From positions 14,315 to 78,314 of the forward strand of contig CAJTXU010000007.1 in NCBI GenBank assembly GCA_910584125.1: 64,000 bases of DNA, read 5' to 3'. A program made the position numbers and the translations under genes. Source of the stretch: an uncultured Muribaculaceae bacterium. Its GTDB lineage: Bacteria > Bacteroidota > Bacteroidia > Bacteroidales > Muribaculaceae. Position 1 is the stretch's first letter, and each line of letters starts with the position of its first letter. The notes under the pieces were generated by a model. That model saw nothing but the letters and a program-made list of their open reading frames with translations. It did not search any database and was not told the DNA's origin. Below are positions 16,549-25,347 of this stretch, in pieces.

Positions 16549-18360
16549 ATGAATCTATCGAAGATAAAGAAAAGACTCTCTCGGTCGGGCACGCCCTACA
16601 ACCGCCGGGGCATCATCATGCTCGGCGGTATGTTCGCCACGCTGCTCGCTTTCATCATAATCTGGTGCTCGCAGACCACGTTCCGCGCCATGAGCGACTG
16701 GATGCTCTACATCGTCAATATCTTCGCGGCGCTGCTGCTTACCCTGCCCGCCATCGTGCTGCGGCGCGTCTGGATACAGACCGCGCTGATGCTCCTGCTC
16801 GACGCCCTGCTGATCAGCAACCTGATGTATTGCCGCACATATTACACGGCCATCCCGCCCGACAGCTACCTGCTCGCGGGCAATCTCGGCGATTTCACGG
16901 CAAGCGTCTACGACTCGCTGCGCTGGGCCGACATCACGCTGCCGCTCATCGCGCTCGCCACGACGGCCTGGGCATACATCTCCCCCGCCCGGCGCCCATG
17001 GTGGCCGAGACTACCCTACGTATGCGTCACCATCGCGGCCGGAGCCGTCGCGGCCATCGGAATGGTCTGCAAAGGGGGTTTCTACAACGAATACGACCGC
17101 CTCACGCAGTCGTGCTACTACAGCACGTGCGGAGTGCCCATCTATACCGTCGGCGGCCATCTGATCTACAACATCATCAGCGACGACACGCCCGACACAC
17201 CCGAGATTCGCGCCGAAATCGCCGACTGGAACGCCGAAAAGGAGCGCCTGCGTTCATACACACCTCTCCCCGACTCCGTGCCGCGCCGCCGCAATCTGGT
17301 GATCGTCCTGCTCGAATCGTTCGAAAGCTGGCTCACCGAGACCCGCATCGAAGGCAAGGAAATCACCCCCTACATCAATTCGCTGATACGCGATCCCGGC
17401 ACTCTCTACGCCCCAAACATGCTGACGCAGGTTGCCTCGGGACGGTCGATCGACTGCCAGCTGCTGCTCGGAAGCGGTATGCTGCCGATGCAGAACGCCG
17501 TCTACAGCATGAAATATCCCGACCGCGACTACCCCTCGCTGATGAAGGCCATGAAGGCCGACCGCGACGCCCGCTGCGCCATCCTGACCTGCGACAAACC
17601 AATCACGTGGAACCAGGAGGCCATAGCCCGCTCGATGGGATATGACACGCTGCTCGACCGCTCGTCGTGGAAGATCGACGAGGTGATCGGCAACCCCGCC
17701 AAACTGAGCGACGGCTCTTTCATGCGCCAGGCCGTGGAGAAGCTCAGGAGCGGAGAAATCGTCGCGGACAGTGACCGCCCGTTCCTGCTGACTTTCGTCA
17801 CGTATTCGGGCCACAATCCGTTCCGGCTCCCCGACAACCTGCGCGACCCGGCGTTCTCTCTGCCCGAAGGGAAATATCCCGAACGCATGGCCGACTATGT
17901 CACCATGGCGCATTACACCGACTCGCGTCTGCGCACGCTGATAGAATATCTCCGCAGCCGCCCCGACTATGCCGAGACGCTGGTGGTCATCACCGGCGAC
18001 CACGAGGGTCTGGCCGGCGACCGCGCCGAGATACTGCGTTCGGCCGAGGCCCGGGGCATCGTCTCGCCGCTGCAGCTCACGCCCTTCATCGTGCTCAATT
18101 CGCCCGTGGCGGGGCGACGCGACGCCGTAATGGGGCAGATAGACATGTATCCTACGCTACTCTCGCTGCTCGGCCTCGACTCCTACGGCTGGAAAGGGCA
18201 GGGGCAGAACATACTGATGCCCGGACGCGTCGAGGCCGCCATTTCGTCGATGACGGGCGAGACACTCGGCGACACGACCCGCGTCGCCCCCGGGGCGATG
18301 CGCAACCTGCGCTCGGCACGCCGCATCAGCGACCTCACAATCAAGACGATGAAACACTGA
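16549..18360 (+). CDS. LTA synthase family / sulfatase-like membrane protein
   Basis: Five N-terminal TM segments; NLVIVLLESFE, ITPYINSL, SGHNPF, ITGDHE and GQIDMYPTLL. Confidence 0.9.
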   Translation: MNLSKIKKRLSRSGTPYNRRGIIMLGGMFATLLAFIIIWCSQTTFRAMSDWMLYIVNIFAALLLTLPAIVLRRVWIQTALMLLLDALLISNLMYCRTYYTAIPPDSYLLAGNLGDFTASVYDSLRWADITLPLIALATTAWAYISPARRPWWPRLPYVCVTIAAGAVAAIGMVCKGGFYNEYDRLTQSCYYSTCGVPIYTVGGHLIYNIISDDTPDTPEIRAEIADWNAEKERLRSYTPLPDSVPRRRNLVIVLLESFESWLTETRIEGKEITPYINSLIRDPGTLYAPNMLTQVASGRSIDCQLLLGSGMLPMQNAVYSMKYPDRDYPSLMKAMKADRDARCAILTCDKPITWNQEAIARSMGYDTLLDRSSWKIDEVIGNPAKLSDGSFMRQAVEKLRSGEIVADSDRPFLLTFVTYSGHNPFRLPDNLRDPAFSLPEGKYPERMADYVTMAHYTDSRLRTLIEYLRSRPDYAETLVVITGDHEGLAGDRAEILRSAEARGIVSPLQLTPFIVLNSPVAGRRDAVMGQIDMYPTLLSLLGLDSYGWKGQGQNILMPGRVEAAISSMTGETLGDTTRVAPGAMRNLRSARRISDLTIKTMKH

Positions 18361-18364
18361 ACAG

Positions 18365-19123
18365 ATGTCAAGACATATAATAAAGATAAATCCCGACTAC
18401 GAACGTTTCCGGCCTCAGATCGAGTCCATAGTGAGGCACGGCATGCCCGACGGGGCCGAGGTCATCTACCGGGGCCGCAACACCCTCTACCGCCTGCGGA
18501 TGGGCGACAGCGCGGTCATAGTCAAGGAGTTCGGCCGACCAAACGCAGTCAACGCGTTCGTCTACACCACCCTGCGGCGCAGCAAGGCGCGCCGCAGCTA
18601 CGAGAACGCCGAGCGGATGCGCGGGCTCGGTTTCGAGTCGCCCGAACCGATTGCCTGGGGCGAGACGCGCGAGGGGCTGAAGCTCACGGGCAGCTGCTAT
18701 ATCTGCACCGAACTCAAGGGTGCCACCGAGATGCGCCATTGGGAGGAGTTCCCCTTCGCCGACACGTTGCTGCCGGCCTTCGCCGCCGAGATACACAGGC
18801 TGCACCAAGCCGGGGTCTGGCATAAGGATTTCTCGCCAGGCAACATCCTCTTCACGGGCGATGCCGCGCGGGGATACACATTCCATTACGTAGATCTGAA
18901 CCGCATGCGCTTCGGCGTGCACAGCCGCAGCAGGCTCATGTCGATGTTCCGCTCGATCAACCTCGACCGCGGGGAGACAGCGCGCCTGGCGCGGCTGTAT
19001 GCGGCCGCGGCGGGCGAGGACGCCAACGCCGTGGAGCGCGAGGCCCTGCGTCAGCTCGAAGGTTATTTCAGGGAAAAGGAACGGAAACGCCGCTTCAAGA
19101 AGCTGCTTCATCACCGCCATTGA
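18365..19123 (+). CDS. Lipopolysaccharide kinase (Kdo/WaaP/InaA family)
   Basis: RN..VIVKEF, SKARRSYENA, LHQAGVWHKDFSPGNIL and VDLNR kinase motifs. Confidence 0.88.
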   Translation: MSRHIIKINPDYERFRPQIESIVRHGMPDGAEVIYRGRNTLYRLRMGDSAVIVKEFGRPNAVNAFVYTTLRRSKARRSYENAERMRGLGFESPEPIAWGETREGLKLTGSCYICTELKGATEMRHWEEFPFADTLLPAFAAEIHRLHQAGVWHKDFSPGNILFTGDAARGYTFHYVDLNRMRFGVHSRSRLMSMFRSINLDRGETARLARLYAAAAGEDANAVEREALRQLEGYFREKERKRRFKKLLHHRH

Positions 19124-19931
19124 TGCCGTAGGGCGTGCGCACGAGGCGCGCCTTGCGCGTATGCCGGCGGATGGCGCGGTTCTTCTCTATCGATTCGCGC
19201 GTGCGGTAAGGGCGCTTGTGGTCGAGATGCAGCACTATGGCCGAATAGCGTTTCTGCACGGGGCGTATGCCGAGGTTGACGAGACGCTCGCCGAACTCGC
19301 GGTCCTGGCCGCCGTACTGCATCCGCTCGTTGTAGCCGTTGACGGCCAGCATGTCATACCGCCATCCCGATGAGTTGCAGCCGTTCCATGATGCCCGGGC
19401 GGGCGTCACATGGTTGAGCAGCCATGCGAACGCCGGACTGTGGAGCAGTTTGGTGCACTTCCAGTTCATCTTCAGCCCCTGCTGGCGCAGCCAGTCCAGC
19501 GTAAAGGCGCGGCCGGTCTCGACGTCGTCATAGGCAAGTCGCCGGCTAATGTCCATCGGGAGTTTGAAATATCCACCCGACACGAAACACCCGGGCTGCG
19601 CCGCGCGGACGTGCGTCTCCACGAAGTCGGGACGCGGCACGCAGTCCTGGTCGGTGAATATCAGGTAGTCGGACGCCGAGGCGACGAGCGCCTTGTTGAG
19701 TATCCGCGACTTCTGGAAACCGTTGTCCTCATGCCATACATGCCTGATCGGAAGCCGGTCGCGGAACGAGTCTATCAGTCGGCGGGTCCTGTCGTCCGAG
19801 CCGTCGTCGGCTATGACTATCTCGTCGGCGGGCCGGGTCTGGAACAGATAGCCCCAGAGTGTCTTCTCAAGCCACTCCGGGTTGTTGTAGGTCGATATCA
19901 CGACGCCCACGCTGAATGTTTCTGACTGCAT
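19095..19931 (-). CDS. Glycosyltransferase family 2
   Basis: VVISTYN, EIVIADDGS, IFTDQDC and GGQDREF. Confidence 0.92.
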   Translation of the reverse strand: MQSETFSVGVVISTYNNPEWLEKTLWGYLFQTRPADEIVIADDGSDDRTRRLIDSFRDRLPIRHVWHEDNGFQKSRILNKALVASASDYLIFTDQDCVPRPDFVETHVRAAQPGCFVSGGYFKLPMDISRRLAYDDVETGRAFTLDWLRQQGLKMNWKCTKLLHSPAFAWLLNHVTPARASWNGCNSSGWRYDMLAVNGYNERMQYGGQDREFGERLVNLGIRPVQKRYSAIVLHLDHKRPYRTRESIEKNRAIRRHTRKARLVRTPYGINGGDEAAS

Positions 19932-19972
19932 CTCTTATGTCGCTGTTTGGGGCTTTGTAGCCGTTGGAGTTT

Positions 19973-20021
19973 CAAAATTACTCATTTTTTTTGAATTATT
20001 AAGTGATAATGTGTATTTTTG
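19973..20021. promoter_or_regulatory. Divergent sigma-A promoters for the GT2 gene and wecE-wecF
   Basis: Minus-strand TAATTTTG (19980-19973). Plus-strand TTTG (19990-19993), 20 nt, TATTTTTG (20014-20021). Confidence 0.6.
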
Positions 20022-20068
20022 CAGTCTGATAAAGGGGACACGACTTCAAGCGCCCCGTCACTGAAGAA

Positions 20069-21217
20069 ATGGAACAGGAGACAATACCCTTCAACAGGCC
20101 CTGCCACACAGGCCGGGAAACCGAGTACGTCGAAGACTGCATAAGGAGAGGAAAGACATGCGGCAACGGGGAATACACGGCCCGCTGCCAGAGATATTTC
20201 AAGGATAAGACCGGAAGCCTTAAGTGCATGATGACCACGTCGTGCACCGACGCGCTGGAGATGGCGGCCATGCTGGCCGGCATCGGTCCGGGCGACGAGG
20301 TGATCGTGCCCTCCTACACGTTCGTGTCGACGGCGCTGGCTTTCGCACGCCAGGGCGCCGACATAGTGTTCGCCGACAGCCGCGCCGACAGCCCAGACAT
20401 CGACGCCGACTGCATCGAGGCCCTCGTCACGCCGCGCACCCGCGCCATAGTGCCTGTGCATTACGCCGGCATAGCCTGCGACATGGACGCTATCATGGAC
20501 ATAGCCCGCCGCCACGGCCTGCTCGTCATCGAGGACGCGGCCCAGGGCATCGACAGCTTCTACAAGGGGCGCGCGCTCGGCTCGATCGGCCATATGGGCT
20601 GCTTTTCGTTCCACGAGACGAAGAACATACAGTGCGGCGAGGGAGGCATGCTCCTGATCAATGACCCGGCTCTGATCGAGCGCGCCGAAATCCTCTGGGA
20701 GAAAGGCACCAACCGCCAGAAGTTCTTCCGCGGCGAGGTCGACAAGTACGGTTGGGTCGACATGGGCAGCTCGTTCCTGCCCGCCGACTATGTCTGCGCC
20801 TTCCTCTGGGCCCAGCTCGAGCATCTCGACGAGATACAGGAGCGCCGACGCGCCATCTGGCGGCGTTACGACACGGGCATCGCCGACAGCCCGCGCTTCT
20901 CGCGCCCCTCGCTGCCCGCCTACGCCACCAACAACGCCCACGCCTATTACCTCGTCACCCGGACGCCCGAAGACCGCACGGCCCTCATCGCCTGGCTGAA
21001 GCAGAGAGGCATCCACGCCGTGTTCCATTATCTCAGCCTGCACAACAGCGAGTACGCACGCCGTCGAGGCTGGAGCGGGGCGGACCTTCCACAGGCCGAC
21101 CGCTACACGGAGTGCCTGGTGCGTCTGCCGCTGTTCCGCGACCTCTCCGACGCCGAGGCCGACCGGATCATCGACGCCGTCAACGAGTTTTTCGCATCTG
21201 AACCTGAAAAGGCATGA
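20069..21217 (+). CDS. wecE: dTDP-4-amino-4,6-dideoxygalactose transaminase (RffA/WecE)
   Basis: TSCTDALEMAA, PSYTFVSTA, IEDAAQ, FSFHETKN, EKGTNR, VDKYGWVD.GSSFLP and HAVFHYLSLH. Confidence 0.93.
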   Translation: MEQETIPFNRPCHTGRETEYVEDCIRRGKTCGNGEYTARCQRYFKDKTGSLKCMMTTSCTDALEMAAMLAGIGPGDEVIVPSYTFVSTALAFARQGADIVFADSRADSPDIDADCIEALVTPRTRAIVPVHYAGIACDMDAIMDIARRHGLLVIEDAAQGIDSFYKGRALGSIGHMGCFSFHETKNIQCGEGGMLLINDPALIERAEILWEKGTNRQKFFRGEVDKYGWVDMGSSFLPADYVCAFLWAQLEHLDEIQERRRAIWRRYDTGIADSPRFSRPSLPAYATNNAHAYYLVTRTPEDRTALIAWLKQRGIHAVFHYLSLHNSEYARRRGWSGADLPQADRYTECLVRLPLFRDLSDAEADRIIDAVNEFFASEPEKA

Positions 21218-22311
21218 AACTGCACCTTGTCAACGACGAGAAGATAATCAACCGCACGATCGGGGAGTTCGAGGCCGTTTTCCCGGGCGAGAACCTGTGG
21301 GTGGTGACCAACCGCCGCCGCGGGTTCAGGCTCGTCGAGAAGCGCGATTGCGTCGTGGGCCGCGAGGAGTTCCTGCGCAGCCACGCCTCGCGGCGATATG
21401 ACGAGATCTACATCCATCTGCTCAATCCGCGCAAGATCAGCGTGCTGCGGCATGTCGACATGAGCCGCGCCCGTGTCTACTGGATCATCTGGGGTCTCGA
21501 CCTGTACAACAAACTGCTCGTGCCCAAGGGTTTCCGGCTCTTTGCCCCGGGCAATTCGGGAGCGCGCGCCAAGGGCGTCGGCGCCCTCGTGAAGCGCATC
21601 GGCGAGCGGCTGCAGGCCCGCCGCACGGTCAGGTTCATCGAGCGGCACGTGGACTATGTCGTGACCGACACCACCGAGAACGACTACGACTGGCTGACGC
21701 GCTACTATCCCCGGCTCGCCGCCAAGCCCCACAAGGATTTCTTCTATTACCCTATCGACGTAATCCTCGGCCCGGGCCTCATGGACTCGCAGGTCGACGG
21801 CGACGACATCATGATAGGAAACTCGGCGTCTGCCACCAACAACCATGAGATGGTGATCGACCTGCTGTCGCGTCTCGACACGGGAAACCGTCGGATTGTG
21901 GTGCCGTTGAGTTATTCGGGCCGCAAGGAATATGTCGAGGCCGTGTCGGCGAGAGGGCACGCGGCATGGAGCGACAGGTTCGTACCTCTGCTTGAGTTCC
22001 TGCCGCTTGACGAATACAGCCGTCAGCAACGCGCCACGTCGGTGGCCCTCTTCGGCAATCTGCGTCAGGAGGCCATCGGCAACATTCTGATTTCGCTATA
22101 TTTGGGCGCGAAGGTTTTTCTGCCGCGCACCAATCCGGTATATGCCTGGGCCCAGGGCCACGGCCTCAGGGTGTTCGCCCTTGAGACGCTCGACCAGAAA
22201 GAGCTCGACACGCCGCTCGACGCAGACACACGCCGCGCCAACCGCGAAATCCTCATGTCGCTCTACACGCGCGACCGCATGCACGCCCTTATGCGCGCCC
22301 TTACAGATTAG
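21214..22311 (+). CDS. TDP-Fuc4NAc transferase family (WecF-like, GT56)
   Basis: WIIWGLDLY, IMIGNSASATNNH, VPLSY, RQEAIGNI...LYLGAKVFL. Coupled to wecE by an ATGA overlap. Confidence 0.8.
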   Translation: MKLHLVNDEKIINRTIGEFEAVFPGENLWVVTNRRRGFRLVEKRDCVVGREEFLRSHASRRYDEIYIHLLNPRKISVLRHVDMSRARVYWIIWGLDLYNKLLVPKGFRLFAPGNSGARAKGVGALVKRIGERLQARRTVRFIERHVDYVVTDTTENDYDWLTRYYPRLAAKPHKDFFYYPIDVILGPGLMDSQVDGDDIMIGNSASATNNHEMVIDLLSRLDTGNRRIVVPLSYSGRKEYVEAVSARGHAAWSDRFVPLLEFLPLDEYSRQQRATSVALFGNLRQEAIGNILISLYLGAKVFLPRTNPVYAWAQGHGLRVFALETLDQKELDTPLDADTRRANREILMSLYTRDRMHALMRALTD

Positions 22312-22850
22312 TTGGTCTTTCGGAACACGACCTTGCGCTCGGGAGATTGCAGTTCGACGGTCATGGTCTTGCCGTCTTTGCTCACCTCGACATCCTCAAG
22401 CACTGAGTATTGCGTAAGCTCTCTCATGAACGCCTGCGACACCTGGTCTTTATAGGCCGAGGCGCTGCTGTCGGCCATGCTCACGCTGACCGTCGACATG
22501 TCGTATGACAACAGAAGGTCGTTCTCGTCGTCTACATCGAACGACCATGTGCCGGTCACGGTCGCCGTGCCTTTGACCACTGTCTGTGCCGTGGTGTCGG
22601 ACGCAGCCGGCGTTATGTCGTAGTCGGCGGTGAGCGTCACGTTGCCGTCGGTCGAACTGGGATTGCGCTCGAACATGATTTTTGTGGTCGACGTGGCGAG
22701 CTTCGACGGCTGGAACGCGTCAGTAACATTGGCGGGAGTGCCCTTCACCCACTCGCCTGTGAAGTCCGTTTTTTCCGAACATGAAGTCACCGTCAGGGCG
22801 CCTGCTGCCACGGCGGCGGCAATCAGCAGATTGTTGTGTATTCTTTTCAT
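22308..22850 (-). CDS. Lipoprotein of unknown function
   Basis: MKRIHNNLLIAAAVAAGALTVTSC lipobox; FTGEW and GTW beta-barrel-like motifs. Confidence 0.8.
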   Translation of the reverse strand: MKRIHNNLLIAAAVAAGALTVTSCSEKTDFTGEWVKGTPANVTDAFQPSKLATSTTKIMFERNPSSTDGNVTLTADYDITPAASDTTAQTVVKGTATVTGTWSFDVDDENDLLLSYDMSTVSVSMADSSASAYKDQVSQAFMRELTQYSVLEDVEVSKDGKTMTVELQSPERKVVFRKTN

Positions 22851-23107
22851 AATATTCTCGATTTTGGTATTCTCGATTCTGACCGAAGTCACTTATATTC
22901 AAAGCCGGGCGGCCTCACCTCGCCCGCCCACAATAACAACAACCCTCTCCCCGCAATAGTTGCCCCGTCAGTCACGCACGCCCCGACTGCATTCCGCGGA
23001 TATTTACAAGGGAATCACAGAAAGCTATGTGTTTAATGTTAAACAAGATTAATGAGTGTACCAATTTGGATACCATTTGTTATCTTTGCAAACAAAACGT
23101 ATCGACT

Positions 23108-23341
23108 ATGGAAATTGTAAGCGCAAGAGAATTCAGGGCCAATCAGACAAGTATTCTATCAAAGGCCCTAAAGGGAGAATCAGTTCTTCTTTCATCCCGT
23201 CTGGGCATGTTCAAGATCACACCTGTCACCGAAGAAGACACTCTGACAACCCGCATATGCAAGGGCATCAGAGAAGCAAAAATGATTCAGGAGGGCAAAC
23301 TCCCTCGCAGAACCGTTCAAGACATGCTCAATGACCTTTGA
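23108..23341 (+). CDS. Type II antitoxin, Phd/YefM-like
   Basis: MEIVSAREFRANQTSILSKALKGESVLL Phd-type N-terminus; promoter TATCTTTG at 23081-23088; overlaps the toxin by 11 nt. Confidence 0.8.
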   Translation: MEIVSAREFRANQTSILSKALKGESVLLSSRLGMFKITPVTEEDTLTTRICKGIREAKMIQEGKLPRRTVQDMLNDL

Positions 23342-23690
23342 CATAATAACCACCCCAAACTTTGAAAAGGCTTTCAAGGTTTGGGCAAAGAGGCATCGCT
23401 CTCTGGCACAGGACTTACTGGGCTTCACTAAATCATTAGAACAGAATCCATTTCAAGGCGATGAACTTACACCAGGCATACGCAAGATTCGCATGGCGAT
23501 AAAATCGAAGGGGCGTGGCAAATCCGGAGGTGCGAGATTCATAACATTTACTGTACTTTCCTCTGAAGCTAATCGCAGCGTATTCCTTATCGACATCTAT
23601 GACAAGTCCGATTATTCTACTGTAGATGTGGACGTAATCCGTAAGATTGCGAGTGAATATATGCTTGCAGAGGGAGATTCCCAGTCTTAG
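23331..23690 (+). CDS. Type II toxin, RelE/HigB-like
   Basis: FEKAFK, IRKIRMAIKSKGRGKSGGARFI and LIDIYDKSD. Confidence 0.85.
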   Translation: MTFDIITTPNFEKAFKVWAKRHRSLAQDLLGFTKSLEQNPFQGDELTPGIRKIRMAIKSKGRGKSGGARFITFTVLSSEANRSVFLIDIYDKSDYSTVDVDVIRKIASEYMLAEGDSQS

Positions 23691-23917
23691 ACAGACGCTT
23701 GCACTCGGCATGCGTCATACAGCCCTGACAGCCACTGATTCGGTGGGCGACGGTATCTGTAGATAAATTTTCTTAAAAAAATTCGGGGTTATCTGTTTGT
23801 ATTTGTAAATTGTTTGCGAAAAAATAGCTAACTTTACATTCTAATTGCAGAAGTGGCGTCCGACTGCAAGCCGGCCGGCGCCTTTTTCAGAGCTATTTGG
23901 GAAACGACAGATAAAAA

Positions 23918-24829
23918 ATGGAGCCGGAAACCTATCACATACCCGCACTTCTCGATGCCGCCATCGAGGGGCTAAACATCAAGCCCGACGGCGTTTACGT
24001 CGATGCCACGTTCGGCGGCGGCGGCCATTCGCGCGCCATCCTCACCAAGCTCGGCCCCGACGGCCGCCTCTTCGGCTTCGACCGCGACCTCGACGCCCTG
24101 GCCAACGTGCCCGACGACCCCCGGTTTACATTTGTACATTCCGACTTCCGATATATCTCGAACTTCCTGCATTTCCACGGCGTCGACCATGCCGACGGCA
24201 TCCTGGCCGACCTCGGCGTGTCGTTCCACCATTTCGACTCGGCCGAACGAGGGTTCTCGTTCCGCGCCGACGCACCGCTCGACATGCGCATGAACCGCAA
24301 CGGCGACCGCACCGCCGCCGACCTCCTGGCCGGCTACGGCAAGGATGACCTCGAGCGCCTGCTGCGCGCTTACACCGACCTCAAGCGCCCCGGCGCAATC
24401 GCCGCCGCAATTGTCCGCGCCCGCGACGCCGCCCCGCTCCAGACGACCTCGCAGCTCGTCGAGGCCGTCAGAGGCTCAATCAACCCTAAATCGGAGAAGA
24501 AAGACCTCGCCCAGGTGTTCCAGGCACTGCGCATCGAAGTCAACGGCGAGATGGACGCCCTGCACGGGCTGCTCACACAGTCGCTCCGTGTGCTCCGCAC
24601 CGGCGGTCGCCTCGCCGTCATAACATATCACTCGATCGAAGACCGAATGGTCAAGAACTTCATCCGCAGCGGAAACACTCGCGGCGAAATCGACAAGGAC
24701 ATCTTCGGGAACGTCCACACCCCGTGGAAGGCCGTGACACGCTCGCCGATAACTCCCGACGAGGCGGAGGTCGAGGCCAACCCAAGGTCGAGAAGCGCCA
24801 AACTCCGGGTGGCCGAGAAAACGGACTGA
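23918..24829 (+). CDS. rsmH: 16S rRNA m4C1402 methyltransferase
   Basis: YVDATFGGGGHS, DLGVS, RGFSF, PLDMRM, FQALRIEVN and NPRSRSAKLR. Confidence 0.97.
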   Translation: MEPETYHIPALLDAAIEGLNIKPDGVYVDATFGGGGHSRAILTKLGPDGRLFGFDRDLDALANVPDDPRFTFVHSDFRYISNFLHFHGVDHADGILADLGVSFHHFDSAERGFSFRADAPLDMRMNRNGDRTAADLLAGYGKDDLERLLRAYTDLKRPGAIAAAIVRARDAAPLQTTSQLVEAVRGSINPKSEKKDLAQVFQALRIEVNGEMDALHGLLTQSLRVLRTGGRLAVITYHSIEDRMVKNFIRSGNTRGEIDKDIFGNVHTPWKAVTRSPITPDEAEVEANPRSRSAKLRVAEKTD

Positions 24830-24924
24830 AAACAAACAACCAAACCACACACTATAGACAGAACACCAACAGAACAACAGCAAGAAAGGGAAGGAACGTG
24901 GGAATCAGAACAACTTTGAACACT

Positions 24925-25341
24925 ATGGGAAGGAGAAAAGGGTCCGGCGCCGACGCGCCGGAATTGTCGCCGGCCGACACGGCCAACCGCAAGCCGGCCG
25001 ACGCACAGAAAACCGGGAAAAAGGAATATTCCTGGATTAACGAACTCAGGGCCGGACGATCGATCTCGGTCGAGTTCTTCAAAAGCAACGCATGGCTGAT
25101 ACTCATCATAGTGGTCGCCGTCATCGCGCTCATCGGCCTGCGATACAAGACCAAGACCAAGATGGAGGAGATAAAGCGCCTCAACACCGAACTCGCCCGC
25201 GCCGAGAGCGAGAAACTGCAGGCCAAGTCGGCCTACATGTCGCTCATACGCGAGACCGAGATGAGACGGATGGTCCGCGAGAAAGGCCTCCCTCTCGAAT
25301 TCCAGGAACAACCACCTTATGAAATCATAGACGAGAAGTAG
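24925..25341 (+). CDS. ftsL: FtsL-like cell division protein
   Basis: One TM helix followed by a coiled coil, located between rsmH and ftsI. Start uncertain. Confidence 0.75.
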   Translation: MGRRKGSGADAPELSPADTANRKPADAQKTGKKEYSWINELRAGRSISVEFFKSNAWLILIIVVAVIALIGLRYKTKTKMEEIKRLNTELARAESEKLQAKSAYMSLIRETEMRRMVREKGLPLEFQEQPPYEIIDEK

Positions 25342-25347
25342 ACAGCC

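Noticed and set aside
17599..17614. Second parS-like sequence CCAATCACGTGGAACC
   Set aside because: Only 11 of 16 positions match, the left half-site is broken, and it lies inside a CDS.
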